DNA of 24,000 bases from Thermoproteota archaeon (lineage in GTDB: Archaea > Korarchaeota > Korarchaeia > Korarchaeales > Korarchaeaceae), in contig JAOZFH010000063.1 in the NCBI GenBank assembly GCA_027491415.1, positions 8,768 to 32,767 on the forward strand, in the 5' to 3' direction. Each line of letters opens with the position of its first letter. Position 1 is the first letter of the stretch. A program made the position numbers and the translations under genes. The notes under the pieces are model-generated. The model was given only the letters and a program-made list of their open reading frames with translations. It was not told the origin of the DNA and did not search any database. Positions 1 through 8,914 of this stretch are shown piece by piece.

Positions 1-66
1 GAGGTCCGGACGGAGCTCAGGCAGCTGATAGAGGGGCTGAGCTCCGGCGGCGCAGGCTCCTCCTGA
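1..66 (+). CDS. 3' end of an unidentified ORF entering from the left edge
   Basis: Frame 1 is open from nt 1 to TGA at 64-66 (EVRTELRQLIEGLSSGGAGSS*). Only 21 codons are visible, so no family can be assigned. Confidence 0.25.
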   Translation, partial: EVRTELRQLIEGLSSGGAGSS

Positions 67-99
67 GCCGGTTATCGAGCCCTGATTCGGGTGATCGGC

Positions 100-1506
100 T
101 CACCGCCTCGTCGACTCAGCGAGCAGTGCCAAGAGCCTCTGGAGTTCCGATGCGGGGATCGAGAGGCCCGCCGCGGCCGAGTGGCCGCCCCCCTCCCCTC
201 CTAGTTCTGCGGCCGCCCTCGAGGCGAGTTCGCCGGCGTCCAGACCAGACTCCCCGCCCTCTTGGGTGAGCCTCAGGGAGAGCTTGACGCGCCCGGGATT
301 CTCGGGCTCCTCCGCCGCGACGGCCACCAGCAGCACCCCCTCCTCGGGCGGGGACCTCGCCGCTATGGAGGCCACCGGACTGGTCAACGTGTCCCTCAGC
401 CTCCCCCTGCCATCGACGAATAGCACGCCGCCCTCGACCCGCTGGACTTCGCTCAGCACGTCCAAGAACTGAGCCAGCTCTCTCCTGTACTCGGAGAGCA
501 CCCGATTTGCCGCCTCGAGGGCGCGACCCCTCCTGCCCAGGCCGAGGGCGAGGCCCACATCCGCGCGGCCCATCCTGCCGCACGCGTTCAGCACGGTGGC
601 GAATGTGCCGAGGTCCCTCAGGGGGGAGCCCGGGGGCTCGGTGAGGAGAGTGTAGACCGTTCCAAGGAGCTGGTCGGGCGAGGCCCTCTGGCCCCAGGCG
701 GCAAGTCTCTTCACGATCTCGCTCAGCAGGGCGCGCCTCTGCTCCTCTGTCAGGTCGGAGAGCGTCGTCATTCGATCTCCCGTCTTCGGGGGGATATCCA
801 GGCTCTCGAGTATCTCGAGGGCGCCGGAGGAACTCCCAGACACGCCCGGTATTGGCGGGTCGACGGTCCTCTCGAGGGCGAGGAGGAGGGGGTACTCCGG
901 CCCCCCGAAGAGCCTGAGCTCTGTGTGGGCCTCCACAAGGCCCATCTCCGTTGCCTGCCTAAGGATCTCCTCGTTCACGCCTGAGAAGCCGTTCCTCGAT
1001 TGTACGTCTCCTATGGCGCCCAGGAGGGCAAGGTGCGCCGGCCGGGGCCCGTCAGGGAGCGTCGCCCGGAAGAGGGCGTACGCCACGCCCGCGGCCGAGA
1101 CCTCCTGCCCGCCGTCGATCCCCAGATCGTGCGGATTCAGTTCCTCCACGCCCTCCGGGGTCTCGCCGACGGGCTCGTGGTGGTCAACCACTATAACCCT
1201 CGCCCGCGAGGCCGCGCCGGAGAGGCGCTCCCTGTAGCCCGAGCCCATGTCGGACACTATGAGGAGCCCGTAGGACTCCCCGAGCTCCTTGGCCGGGTCC
1301 TCAGGGAACCTCTTGACGAAAGAGGCGTGGAACGGTATCCTGAGCTCCAAGAGAAGCCAGGCCAGGACGGAGGCTGAGCTAATGCCGTCGGCGTCAATGT
1401 GAGAAAGCAGGCGAGCCGGACCACTGACCTCCCGAAGGGCCGAGGCCGGACCGCTCGCCGCCCTCTCTACCAGCAGCCTGAACCTCTCAGAGGGCTCAGC
1501 TTGCAA
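100..1506 (-). CDS. recJ: RecJ-like DHH-family phosphoesterase/nuclease (archaeal RecJ/Cdc45-GAN type)
   Basis: 468-aa ORF. DHH motifs are readable: [10 protein letters not shown] (DxD), [16 protein letters not shown] (DHH), and the DHHA1 motif GGGHSAAAG near the C-terminus. The start overlaps the S15 stop by 11 nt. Confidence 0.85.
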   Translation of the reverse strand: MQAEPSERFRLLVERAASGPASALREVSGPARLLSHIDADGISSASVLAWLLLELRIPFHASFVKRFPEDPAKELGESYGLLIVSDMGSGYRERLSGAASRARVIVVDHHEPVGETPEGVEELNPHDLGIDGGQEVSAAGVAYALFRATLPDGPRPAHLALLGAIGDVQSRNGFSGVNEEILRQATEMGLVEAHTELRLFGGPEYPLLLALERTVDPPIPGVSGSSSGALEILESLDIPPKTGDRMTTLSDLTEEQRRALLSEIVKRLAAWGQRASPDQLLGTVYTLLTEPPGSPLRDLGTFATVLNACGRMGRADVGLALGLGRRGRALEAANRVLSEYRRELAQFLDVLSEVQRVEGGVLFVDGRGRLRDTLTSPVASIAARSPPEEGVLLVAVAAEEPENPGRVKLSLRLTQEGGESGLDAGELASRAAAELGGEGGGHSAAAGLSIPASELQRLLALLAESTRR

Positions 1507-1960
1507 GCAGCTCGGCCCTCTTCGGGTCGTACTTCCAGTCGGGCGGGAGCTTGCCTACCCTCCTGTAGTACTTCGCTAGCCTGTGGATCTTGGACTCGAT
1601 GAGCTGGAGCCCCCTCCTTGAGTGGAGGTCCTTCCTGTGAGTCTCGAGGTGCCTCCTTATCCTGAGGGCCCTCCTGATCAGAGCCTGGAGGTCCTCGGGG
1701 ATCTCGGGGGCGGCGTCGTGCTCCGCTAGCACCTTGGTCAACTTCTTGCCTAGGACCCTCCTGACGAGCGGGACGCCGTAGACATCCCTCAGGATCATGC
1801 CTATCTGGCTGGGCGGGACGCCTCGCTTGCCAAGCTTGACGATTATCTCCTCTATCTCCTCCTTGCTCAGAGAGACCCAGTCGAGCGGGACGCTGGCCGG
1901 GGGCCTCGTGGACTCCGACTTGCCCCGCTTCCTGCTGTGCATCCTGGCCAACCGTATCAC
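1496..1960 (-). CDS. rps15: 30S ribosomal protein S15 (uS15)
   Basis: The N-terminus ...[17 protein letters not shown] matches the archaeal uS15 pattern MARMHxRKRGKS. The track start is GTG at 1960. TTG at 1951 would give the canonical MARMH start. Confidence 0.93.
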   Translation of the reverse strand: MIRLARMHSRKRGKSESTRPPASVPLDWVSLSKEEIEEIIVKLGKRGVPPSQIGMILRDVYGVPLVRRVLGKKLTKVLAEHDAAPEIPEDLQALIRRALRIRRHLETHRKDLHSRRGLQLIESKIHRLAKYYRRVGKLPPDWKYDPKRAELLAS

Positions 1961-1992
1961 CCGGTTCCTTCCCGCCTCTCAGGCCCTCCCCG

Positions 1993-2577
1993 TTATAAAT
2001 GCTTGCGCCCCTTGGAGAGCCACTCGCCGAGCCGCCTGAGGGCCCTGTAGCGGTGCGAGTACCTGTTCTTGTCCTCTCCTAGCTCCCCGTACGTGAGGCC
2101 GCCCGGCTCAAGGGGCTCGAAGATCGGGTCGAACCCCCACCCCCCTCCCCTGATGGACTCCGCTATCCTGCCCGGGGTCTCGCCGACCAGAACGGCTGGT
2201 TCAGAGTCCCTGTCGAGGGCGACGGCCACCACCGACTTGAAGCTGGCCCCCCTGTCTCGAATTCCGTCCATCAGCTTGAGAATCCCCTCGTTCCCTATGG
2301 TCCTGAAGGCGAAGGACGAGTAGGGGCCTGGGAACCCCCGGAGGGCGTCTATGAACAGGCCGGCGTCCTCTATGAAGAAGGGGGGGTCCACCCGGTCGAG
2401 GAGCCACCTGGCCGAGAATAGGGCCACCTCCTCCAAGGTGTCGGCCTGGACCTCTGGGTACTCCATCTCGACCCACTCGACCTCGAGCCCGAATCGCGCG
2501 AGGATGGTCCTCGCCTCCCGGAACTTGTGTCTGTTGTGGGTGACGAACCTGATCCTGTCCACCCCCTCACCTACCAC
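1993..2577 (-). CDS. Non-canonical purine NTP pyrophosphatase (Ham1/RdgB/ITPase family)
   Basis: 194 aa with the blocks RFVTHNRHKFREA, FIEDAGLFIDALRGFPGPYSS, GGWGFDPIF and NRYSHRYRAL, which are typical of Ham1/ITPase. Confidence 0.88.
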   Translation of the reverse strand: MVGEGVDRIRFVTHNRHKFREARTILARFGLEVEWVEMEYPEVQADTLEEVALFSARWLLDRVDPPFFIEDAGLFIDALRGFPGPYSSFAFRTIGNEGILKLMDGIRDRGASFKSVVAVALDRDSEPAVLVGETPGRIAESIRGGGWGFDPIFEPLEPGGLTYGELGEDKNRYSHRYRALRRLGEWLSKGRKHL

Positions 2578-2606
2578 GGGATCACCCCCGCTCCGATCGT
2601 CAGTTT

Positions 2607-3245
2607 TTACCCGATCCAGCTCCTGTACCGCCCCCTCCTCTCCACGGCCTCGAGCCTGGCCAGGGTCGCGTCGGGCCTGGGGGCGGTGTCCCTGTACCCC
2701 CTCAGGAAGCGCTCAAAGAGCTCCCCGGCCGTTTCGGGGAACAAGGCCTCCAAAGACTTCTTCAGGACGTGGAGGTCGACGGCCATATCCTCCTCGCTCC
2801 TGGAGAACTCCCCCAGTCCGAAGTCAATGAGGCAGGTCCTCCCCCCCGTCACGACCACGTTGAGCGGGGTCAGGTCGTTGTGGACGACCCCGGCGGAGTG
2901 CATGAGGCCCACCTGCCGGCCCAGGTCCTCCATCACCCCGGCGAGTCCCTCGCCCTCCTTCTCTCTCCGTCCTCGGGACAGTAGGTCGAGCAGGGTTGGG
3001 CCGGACACCCTCTCCAGCAGCAGCGTGTCTCCCCAGACGTCCAACACGGCGGGGCACCTGACCCCGTGCTCCTTTAGCCTCATCAGTATCCTGGCCTCGA
3101 GCCTGGTCCTCGAGGTCCTTATCCTCCAGTCCAGCTCCGGGTGCCTGTAGGACTTCTCGATCCTCCTCTTCTCAACCGCGGGCATGCCCCAGGCGTCTGC
3201 CTCGTAGACCTCGGCCTCCGCCCCTCTGTGGATCAGCCTGGCCAT
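2607..3245 (-). CDS. bud32: Bud32/PRPK-type atypical kinase (KEOPS subunit)
   Basis: MARLIHRGAEAEVY... is followed by the catalytic loop HNDLTPLNVVV and LIDFGLG (DFG). The size and layout are typical of archaeal Bud32. I prefer the internal ATG at 3245 over the track start 3353, whose 36 extra residues are Arg/Gly-rich. It overlaps the pcm 3' end by 13 nt. Confidence 0.85.
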   Translation of the reverse strand: MARLIHRGAEAEVYEADAWGMPAVEKRRIEKSYRHPELDWRIRTSRTRLEARILMRLKEHGVRCPAVLDVWGDTLLLERVSGPTLLDLLSRGRREKEGEGLAGVMEDLGRQVGLMHSAGVVHNDLTPLNVVVTGGRTCLIDFGLGEFSRSEEDMAVDLHVLKKSLEALFPETAGELFERFLRGYRDTAPRPDATLARLEAVERRGRYRSWIG

Positions 3246-4062
3246 CCGTACCTCCCCCTCAGGGGCACGAACGCGACGGGGGTTATCTCCGTCTGCCTGA
3301 ACCTGCCCTCGTCCTCCTTGTCGATCACGACGAGCACCTGCCCGCCCCACCAAGACGGCTCACCTACCGGGACCACCATCCTCCCGCCGACCTTGAGCTG
3401 GTCTAAGAGGGGCCTCGGTGGCCCCGGAGCGGCGGCCGTTACCAGTATCCTGTCCGGCCTGACCCTGAGCGGGAAGCCGGCGCTCCCGTCCATGGCCAGG
3501 ACCGTGACCCTGTCGGAGTAGCCCGCGCGCCTGAGGTTTGACCAGGCCCTTCTGGCGAGCGAGGGGACTATCTCGGCGGAGTACACGTGCCCCCAGTCAG
3601 CCGGGTCCTCCCCGGCCGGGGCAACTATCTCCGCCACGGTCGCGGCGTGGTACCCACTCCCGGCGCCCACCTCGAACACCACCATCCCCCTCCTCAGGGC
3701 GAGGAGCTCGTCCATCATGAACACAATGTGTCGCCCGGCCCCAGGCGGCCGTGTGGCGCGCTGATGGTCTGCCCCTCGCCTATCGGGAGGGGGGTGTCCC
3801 GGTAGGCGTCCCTCCTGAGGTGCTCAGGGACGAACTCCTCCCTCGGGACTGTGAGGGCCGCCCTCCTGACCTCGGGGGTTCGGACCACGCCCAGCATCTC
3901 CAGCCTTTTTACGAGCTCGGCGCGCCCCTCCTCCAGGGACCCCTCCCCCCGCGCGGGTGAAAGGTTCGGGGAGGCTTTAGAGTTGAGGTTCCACTCGGAT
4001 GCGGCGTTCGCCGTAAGGGCCAGGGGCCACCCCAACGTGAGGGCGAGACACCGCACGACCAT
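3233..4062 (-). pseudogene. pcm: Protein-L-isoaspartate O-methyltransferase (PIMT), interrupted by a 23-nt insert (frameshift)
   Basis: ORF 3715..4062 carries ...[33 protein letters not shown] and stops 8 codons later. ORF 3233..3724 continues (H)[29 protein letters not shown]...VAFVPLRGRYGW. Removing nt 3728-3750 restores [17 protein letters not shown]. The true start is unclear (ATG 4062, TTG 4035 or ATG 3897). Confidence 0.85.
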
Positions 4063-4462
4063 GGAGGTGACCCGAGACGACTACCTGACCGAGAGGGGAG
4101 ACTGCATTCTGGCGATAGAGGCCGACGCGGCCTGCTCGGACGTCTCGGGCTGGCTCAGGGAGCACCTCAGGTCCGGCGGGTGGGTGCTGATCGAGCTGGA
4201 GGTGGAGGGGGAGGAGGACAGGGCGGCGTTCTCGTTTCGGGCCAGGGGAGACCCCCGGCTCACCCTCGCCAGCGACAGGAGCATCGTGATCAGGAGGTCG
4301 AGCTACGTGGACGACCGGACCATGGCAGTCCTAGCGGAGGCGGCCGCGGCGGACGTTCCGAGGGGCATGGTGAGGGCCCTCAGGGCCGGGGCAAGGCTCA
4401 CCCTGACCGTGCGGCCCCTGGCGGGAGACGCGAGCGTGGAGGAGATTCACAGGAACCCCTGA
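3983..4462 (+). CDS. DUF371-family protein (conserved archaeal, function unknown)
   Basis: The block [38 protein letters not shown] matches my recollection of the DUF371 signature. The start is uncertain. TTG 3983 is preceded by GGGGAGG. ATG 4061 would remove the conserved RGHPN block. The track start GTG 3851 runs antisense through pcm. Confidence 0.6.
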   Translation: MRFHSDAAFAVRARGHPNVRARHRTTMEVTRDDYLTERGDCILAIEADAACSDVSGWLREHLRSGGWVLIELEVEGEEDRAAFSFRARGDPRLTLASDRSIVIRRSSYVDDRTMAVLAEAAAADVPRGMVRALRAGARLTLTVRPLAGDASVEEIHRNP

Positions 4463-5598
4463 GACGAGGGGTCGCGCGGGAGCAGGGCCTCCCTCATCAG
4501 AGAGGTGGCGTAGGATCCCCGATCGAGGGCGAAGGATGCTAGGAGCGAGTCTCCCCTCTTCCACAGCCTCAGGCTCCTCGCGGGGACCCAAGCGGGCCTC
4601 ACCCCACCCGCGAGGTCCAGTCCCAGCTCGGGGAGGCGGAAGCTCTCGGGGGACAGCCCGTCTCGCCTGAGCACCTCCAGGGTCTCCTCGCCAGCTGACC
4701 CGCGGTAGGCGTCTGGGTCGGAGCCGGGCAGCGGGAGGGCGAGCGACTCCCCGCCTCCGGAGAGGGGGGCCACCCTGTCCCCCGGCCGGGGCGAGAGCCG
4801 TCCATCGCGGAGCCTCCCGGACAGTGTGAGGTTGAACACGTAGGCCTGGTAGGAGTGCAGCATCATCTCCAGGGCCCCGCGCGGGATCGCCCTCAGGGCC
4901 TCTAGTCCCCCCGCCCCCCTGTCCAGGGCGTCCGCCACCCTGGACTCGTATCCCCTCCCGCCCTTCCCCGCCAGGAGCCTCGCTGCCCGGTCGAACTCCC
5001 TCCTGAGCACCAGCAGGCCGATCTCGTGGTTGAGGGGCGGCCTGTCCCCGAACCTCTGGTAGGAGAAGAAGTTGGGGAAGCCTCGGGAGAGTTCCATCAG
5101 CCTGCGCGAGAGCTCGCGGGGCTCCGTCTCCCTAACCCTCAGGGTGAACCTGTTAAGGTCGTTGGAGCCCCTGTATACCGGCTCCGTCGACCTGCAGACG
5201 AACCTGGCCATTAACTTCCGGGCTCTCACGACCTCTGGGGGCCTGCCGAGGGGGGCGCTCATGAACTGAGCCGAGACGGACCTCCTGTCCTTGAGCCCCG
5301 CGTAGGACACCCTGCTCGTGGGTATCCTGAGGGCCCTCGCCAGCAGCCCGGCGGCCTCCTCTGTGGTGAGCCCCACCTTGATGACGGAGAAGACCGCGTG
5401 GGGCCCCTCTTGGACCTCGGGGGACTCGAGGCTCGCGGCCGCCATCAAGGCGGAGGCGCCGCGCCACACCTCGTCCACCAAGAAGTCCGGGAGTCTCTCC
5501 CTCAGGCGCCCGGGGAGGGGATCCCAGTCGGGCCTCGCGTAGGCCAGCATACCGGTCCTGACGTCCAGCTCCGGAGGATTCGCCACTCCCCTCGTCAC
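4447..5598 (-). CDS. truD: tRNA pseudouridine synthase TruD/Pus7 family
   Basis: 383 aa. It has the TruD-type catalytic block VSYAGLKDRRSVSAQ (GxKD) plus NFFSYQRFG. The start overlaps the pth2 stop by 4 nt. Confidence 0.8.
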   Translation of the reverse strand: MTRGVANPPELDVRTGMLAYARPDWDPLPGRLRERLPDFLVDEVWRGASALMAAASLESPEVQEGPHAVFSVIKVGLTTEEAAGLLARALRIPTSRVSYAGLKDRRSVSAQFMSAPLGRPPEVVRARKLMARFVCRSTEPVYRGSNDLNRFTLRVRETEPRELSRRLMELSRGFPNFFSYQRFGDRPPLNHEIGLLVLRREFDRAARLLAGKGGRGYESRVADALDRGAGGLEALRAIPRGALEMMLHSYQAYVFNLTLSGRLRDGRLSPRPGDRVAPLSGGGESLALPLPGSDPDAYRGSAGEETLEVLRRDGLSPESFRLPELGLDLAGGVRPAWVPARSLRLWKRGDSLLASFALDRGSYATSLMREALLPRDPSSQGFL

Positions 5599-5966
5599 CT
5601 CAGCAGAGGGAGCCTCCCAGTGACCTTGTCGACCTCGCCAGCCCTGTGGGGACCAACGGCGGCCGCGGTGAGCGTCCCGGGAGGCAGCTCAGTCAGCCCC
5701 GCATCCCTGACGATGCTCCTCGGCAGGCCCAACCTCTCGGCCTGATTGTAGACCTCGAGGAGTTCCTCCTCGGAGCCGACGGCGACCACCACCTTCTTGG
5801 CCCCCTCCCTCTTCCAAGCCTCGTAGACATCGGGGCACCTCTTCATGGCCATCTCGGCGGCCATGCAGGCCGCGTGGGCCACCTGTACCGCCAGTTTGCC
5901 GGGGCTCATCTTCAGGTCCTTCCTCACCGCTATGACCTGCTTGTAGGCGAACCTGTCGGCCGTCAC
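5595..5966 (-). CDS. pth2: Peptidyl-tRNA hydrolase, archaeal type (Pth2)
   Basis: 123 aa. KQVIAVRKDLKMSPGKLAVQVAHAA...IVRDAGLTELPPGTLTAAAVGP is the Pth2 signature. Confidence 0.92.
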   Translation of the reverse strand: MTADRFAYKQVIAVRKDLKMSPGKLAVQVAHAACMAAEMAMKRCPDVYEAWKREGAKKVVVAVGSEEELLEVYNQAERLGLPRSIVRDAGLTELPPGTLTAAAVGPHRAGEVDKVTGRLPLLR

Positions 5967-7039
5967 GACACCACCTCCTCCAGCAGGGACTCGAACTCCC
6001 TAGCGACGGCGTCCCACCCCCTGGACAGAGCGAACTCCCTCGCCTCCCTGGAGACGCGTTCCAGCGCGTCGCGGTCTGAGAGGACCTCCCTCAGTCTCTC
6101 CGAGAGGGCCTCCAGGGACCTGTCGGCCAAGAACCCGGTGTGGCCGTCCTTCACGAACTCCGGCAGGGCGCCGACCCTAGCGGCCAGGGGCGGCGTGCCG
6201 GCGGCCATCGACTCGAGGGCGGTCAGGCCGAAGCCCTCCCACCTCGGGGTGTGGAGGGTCAGGTCGCAGGCCCTCAGCACCAGCGGAATCCTCTCGTGAG
6301 GGACCTTGCCCAGGAACACCACCCTCCCAGCCCCCTCGCGCCTGGCCAGCTCCTCAAGCCTGGGCCTGAGGGGCCCGTCCCCGGCCACGAGGACTAGGGC
6401 GTCTGGGTGGGAGAGGGCCGCCCTGAGGGCGAGCTCCGGGTCCCTCACCGGAACTAGAGAGCCCACGATCCCCACCACCTGAGCGTCGGCCGGAATCCCC
6501 ATCCTCTCTCTAACATCCTCCCCCCTTTCCGGGAGGGACCTGAAGGCCTCGATGTCCACGCCCCCGCGGATAACCCTAGGTTCGACCCCGAACCTCTCCC
6601 TCACGACGCCCGCCAGGTGGGAGCTCACCGTCGCAACGGCGGGGGCGGACCTGCACGCGCGCCGCAATAGCCAAGCCCCCATACCGACGAGTGCGTCGGT
6701 CCCGTGGAAGACAGGGACGTAAGGGGGCCCACCCAGTGCGCGGCCGATCCAGGCCGCCACCCCGGAGGTCTTGGCGTACTGCGCGACCACAGCGTCCGCA
6801 TCCCCCAGGCTCGCGGCCAGCCTCAGCGCGGAGGCGGCCATGAAGCTAGTCCCCCTAATCCCGGGGACTCTCGGGGTCGGGAGCCGGATCACCCTCTCAC
6901 CCCATCTCGACCTGGCCCAGCCGTAAGAGACTACCGTGACCTCGTGCCCCCTCCTAGCAAGCTCGCCAGCCAGCATGGTATTGTAGACCTGGACTCCGCC
7001 TACGTCTGGGTAGTAGGGGCCCAGGAGGACTATCCGCAC
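5963..7039 (-). CDS. Glycosyltransferase, GT-B fold (GT4-like)
   Basis: 358 aa. The N-terminus MRIVLLGPYYPDVGGVQVY...GHEVTVVSY and the C-terminal EGFGLTALESMAAGTPPLAARVGALPEFV (the E-x7-E region) are typical of GT4. It uses a GTG start and its stop overlaps the pth2 start. Confidence 0.85.
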   Translation of the reverse strand: MRIVLLGPYYPDVGGVQVYNTMLAGELARRGHEVTVVSYGWARSRWGERVIRLPTPRVPGIRGTSFMAASALRLAASLGDADAVVAQYAKTSGVAAWIGRALGGPPYVPVFHGTDALVGMGAWLLRRACRSAPAVATVSSHLAGVVRERFGVEPRVIRGGVDIEAFRSLPERGEDVRERMGIPADAQVVGIVGSLVPVRDPELALRAALSHPDALVLVAGDGPLRPRLEELARREGAGRVVFLGKVPHERIPLVLRACDLTLHTPRWEGFGLTALESMAAGTPPLAARVGALPEFVKDGHTGFLADRSLEALSERLREVLSDRDALERVSREAREFALSRGWDAVAREFESLLEEVVS

Positions 7040-7061
7040 CTCTCTAACGGCCGAACCGTTG

Positions 7062-7071
7062 ATTTAAGTTT
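7062..7071. promoter_or_regulatory. TATA-like box (ATTTAAGTTT) between the GT4 operon and fen
   Basis: Located 23-32 nt from GTG 7039 (minus strand) and 30-39 nt from ATG 7101 (plus strand). Confidence 0.4.
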
Positions 7072-7100
7072 CTCGCGGCCCCGCCAAAGGATGACCCGGG

Positions 7101-8126
7101 ATGGGGGTCAAGCTCGGCGACATCGTGGTGGGGAGGGAGGTAGACCTCAAGGACCTCGGCGGTAGGAGGCTGGCCCTCGACGCCTACAATGCCCTCTACC
7201 AGTTTCTGGCGAAGGTCAGACAGCCTGACGGCACTCCGCTCATGACCAGCAGGGGAGAGATCACCTCCGTGCACTCAGGTATATTCTACAGGACCGCCAA
7301 TCTGCTCTCGCTGGGGATAACCCCGGTCTACGTGTTCGACGGTGAGCCTCCGGAGTTCAAGAGGAGGGAGCTGGAGGAGAGGGCCGCCAGGAGGGAGGAG
7401 GCCAGGGAGAAGTGGGCCGAGGCGGCCGAGAGGGGGGACGTGGAGGAGATGCGGAAGTACGCCCAGGCGGCGCTGGAGCTCACGGACGAGATGGTCGAGG
7501 ATGCCAAGAGGATACTGGAGCTCATGGGGGTCCCCTGGGTCCAGGCGCCCAGCGAGGGGGAGGCCCAAGCGGCGCACATGGCGGCGAGGGGGGACGTGTG
7601 GGCCGCGGCCAGCCAGGACTACGACTCCCTGCTCTTCGGCTCTCCGAGGCTCGTCAGGAACGTGACTATAACGGGGAAGAGGAAGCTCCCCGGGAGGGAC
7701 GTGTACGTCGAGGTCAGGCCCGAGATCATCTCCCTCAGGGAGACCCTCGAGTCGCTGGGGATCACCAGGGAGCAGCTCGTCCTCCTAGGGATCCTCGTCG
7801 GCACGGACTACAACCCCGGCGGCGTGAGGGGCGTGGGGCCGAAGAGGGCGCTGGAGATCGTGAGGCGCCACCGCACCGTGGAGGAGGTCGAGAGGGCTAT
7901 CAAGTGGGAGTTTGACGTCCCGCTGAGGGAGATCTACGAGTTCTTCCTGAGCCCGCCGGTGACGGACGAGTACGACGTGACCCTCAAGAGGCCTGACGCC
8001 GAGGGCCTCCTCAGGTTCATGGTGGACGAGCACGAGTTCTCCGAGAAGAGGGTCAGGAAGGTCATAGAAGAGATAACCGAGGCATACAAGATGCACGCCA
8101 GCGGCGGGCTGGAGGCCTGGTTCTGA
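7101..8126 (+). CDS. fen: Flap endonuclease 1 (FEN-1)
   Basis: 341 aa. MGVKLGDIV...LALDAYNALYQFL, the VYVFDGEPPEFK block, and the GVPWVQAPSEGEAQAA and LVGTDYNPGGVRGVGPKRA (H3TH) motifs are all present. Confidence 0.95.
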   Translation: MGVKLGDIVVGREVDLKDLGGRRLALDAYNALYQFLAKVRQPDGTPLMTSRGEITSVHSGIFYRTANLLSLGITPVYVFDGEPPEFKRRELEERAARREEAREKWAEAAERGDVEEMRKYAQAALELTDEMVEDAKRILELMGVPWVQAPSEGEAQAAHMAARGDVWAAASQDYDSLLFGSPRLVRNVTITGKRKLPGRDVYVEVRPEIISLRETLESLGITREQLVLLGILVGTDYNPGGVRGVGPKRALEIVRRHRTVEEVERAIKWEFDVPLREIYEFFLSPPVTDEYDVTLKRPDAEGLLRFMVDEHEFSEKRVRKVIEEITEAYKMHASGGLEAWF

Positions 8127-8158
8127 AAGGGACGCACTCTAGAGGAGCCCTCGGGCGC

Positions 8159-8386
8159 TCACTCCTCGTCGGGCGTCAGATAGGCGTGCTCGCCCTCCGC
8201 GACCTCTATGACCAGCGTCCCGCCCTTGCCCCCGCTGGACACCCTTATCACGCCCGCCACCTCGAGCCTCATCAGGGCTCGCTCCAGCTGGTCTAGCGAG
8301 AGCGTCGGATCCTTGGACCTCAGCGCCTCGTAGAGCTCCCTGTCCGTGACGGTCCCCCTCCTCTTCTTGACCTCTTCGTACACCAC
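8159..8386 (-). CDS. Small conserved-looking protein, winged-helix-like, function unknown
   Basis: 75 aa with a GTG start, last gene of the Zn-ribbon/aEF-1beta operon. ...TDRELYEALRSKDPTLSLDQLERALMRLEVAGVIRV reads like a wHTH recognition helix plus wing. There is no family-level identification. Confidence 0.55.
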   Translation of the reverse strand: MVYEEVKKRRGTVTDRELYEALRSKDPTLSLDQLERALMRLEVAGVIRVSSGGKGGTLVIEVAEGEHAYLTPDEE

Positions 8387-8419
8387 GTGCGTGAGGGGAA
8401 GCTCGAGGGGCAGACCCGA

Positions 8420-8677
8420 TCACCCGCCCCTGGACATGGTCTCCAGCTCGACCGAGCTCACGCCCGGGACGCTGGAGAGGGCCTCCTCAACCTTGTCGGT
8501 TATGCCCTCCTCCTCGGGGGTGGAGAGCAGGATCGTCAGGGCCACTATCCCGAAGGCAAGCTCGGCCTGTCCCCTGTCCATCAGCTGAACCCCCAGGGGC
8601 TTCAGGGACTCTTGGATCTTGCCAGCGACCTCCTCCGGATCCGCGCCCGGATCGACCAGGACCCTGAACTGCGCCAT
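8420..8677 (-). CDS. ef1b: Translation elongation factor aEF-1 beta
   Basis: MAQFRVLVDPGADPEEVAGKIQESL...AELAFGIVALTILLSTPEEEGITDKVEEALSSVPGVSSVELETMSR fits the roughly 85-90 aa aEF-1beta pattern. I prefer ATG 8677 over the track start 8704. Confidence 0.88.
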   Translation of the reverse strand: MAQFRVLVDPGADPEEVAGKIQESLKPLGVQLMDRGQAELAFGIVALTILLSTPEEEGITDKVEEALSSVPGVSSVELETMSRGG

Positions 8678-8707
8678 AACGCGAGCCAACCCGAACCCTC
8701 CCACCGA

Positions 8708-8911
8708 TCACGGACCGACGAACCCGCAGTTGGGGCAGACGTACTCGTTCGCCTGCTTCCTGCAGATCCTGCACCGGACTATGAGGTACTCCCCGCAGTT
8801 GGGGCACGGGAACTTGACGACCCCCCTCTCGTAGGTCACCCTCCTGCCGCACGACGTACAGTAGAGCTCCTCCACAGCTGGAGGCTGATTGACTCCGACC
8901 TCCTGCGCCAT
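8708..8911 (-). CDS. Zn-ribbon protein (COG2888-type, commonly adjacent to aEF-1beta)
   Basis: 67 aa with four CxxC pairs: CTSCG, CPNCG, CRICR and CPNCG. It lies immediately upstream of ef1b, which is the linkage I recall for this family in archaea. Confidence 0.8.
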   Translation of the reverse strand: MAQEVGVNQPPAVEELYCTSCGRRVTYERGVVKFPCPNCGEYLIVRCRICRKQANEYVCPNCGFVGP

Positions 8912-8914
8912 CTT

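Noticed and set aside
3700-3775. The 23-nt pcm insert as an archaeal bulge-helix-bulge mRNA intron (as known for cbf5 in some Crenarchaeota).
   Set aside because: I tried all five splice registers allowed by the ACAC repeats. None formed a 4-bp central helix flanked by two 3-nt bulges on opposite strands that also restores the reading frame. Only short local stems (GGCC/GGCC, CGCC/GGCG) are available. It is kept only as a low-probability alternative within the finding.
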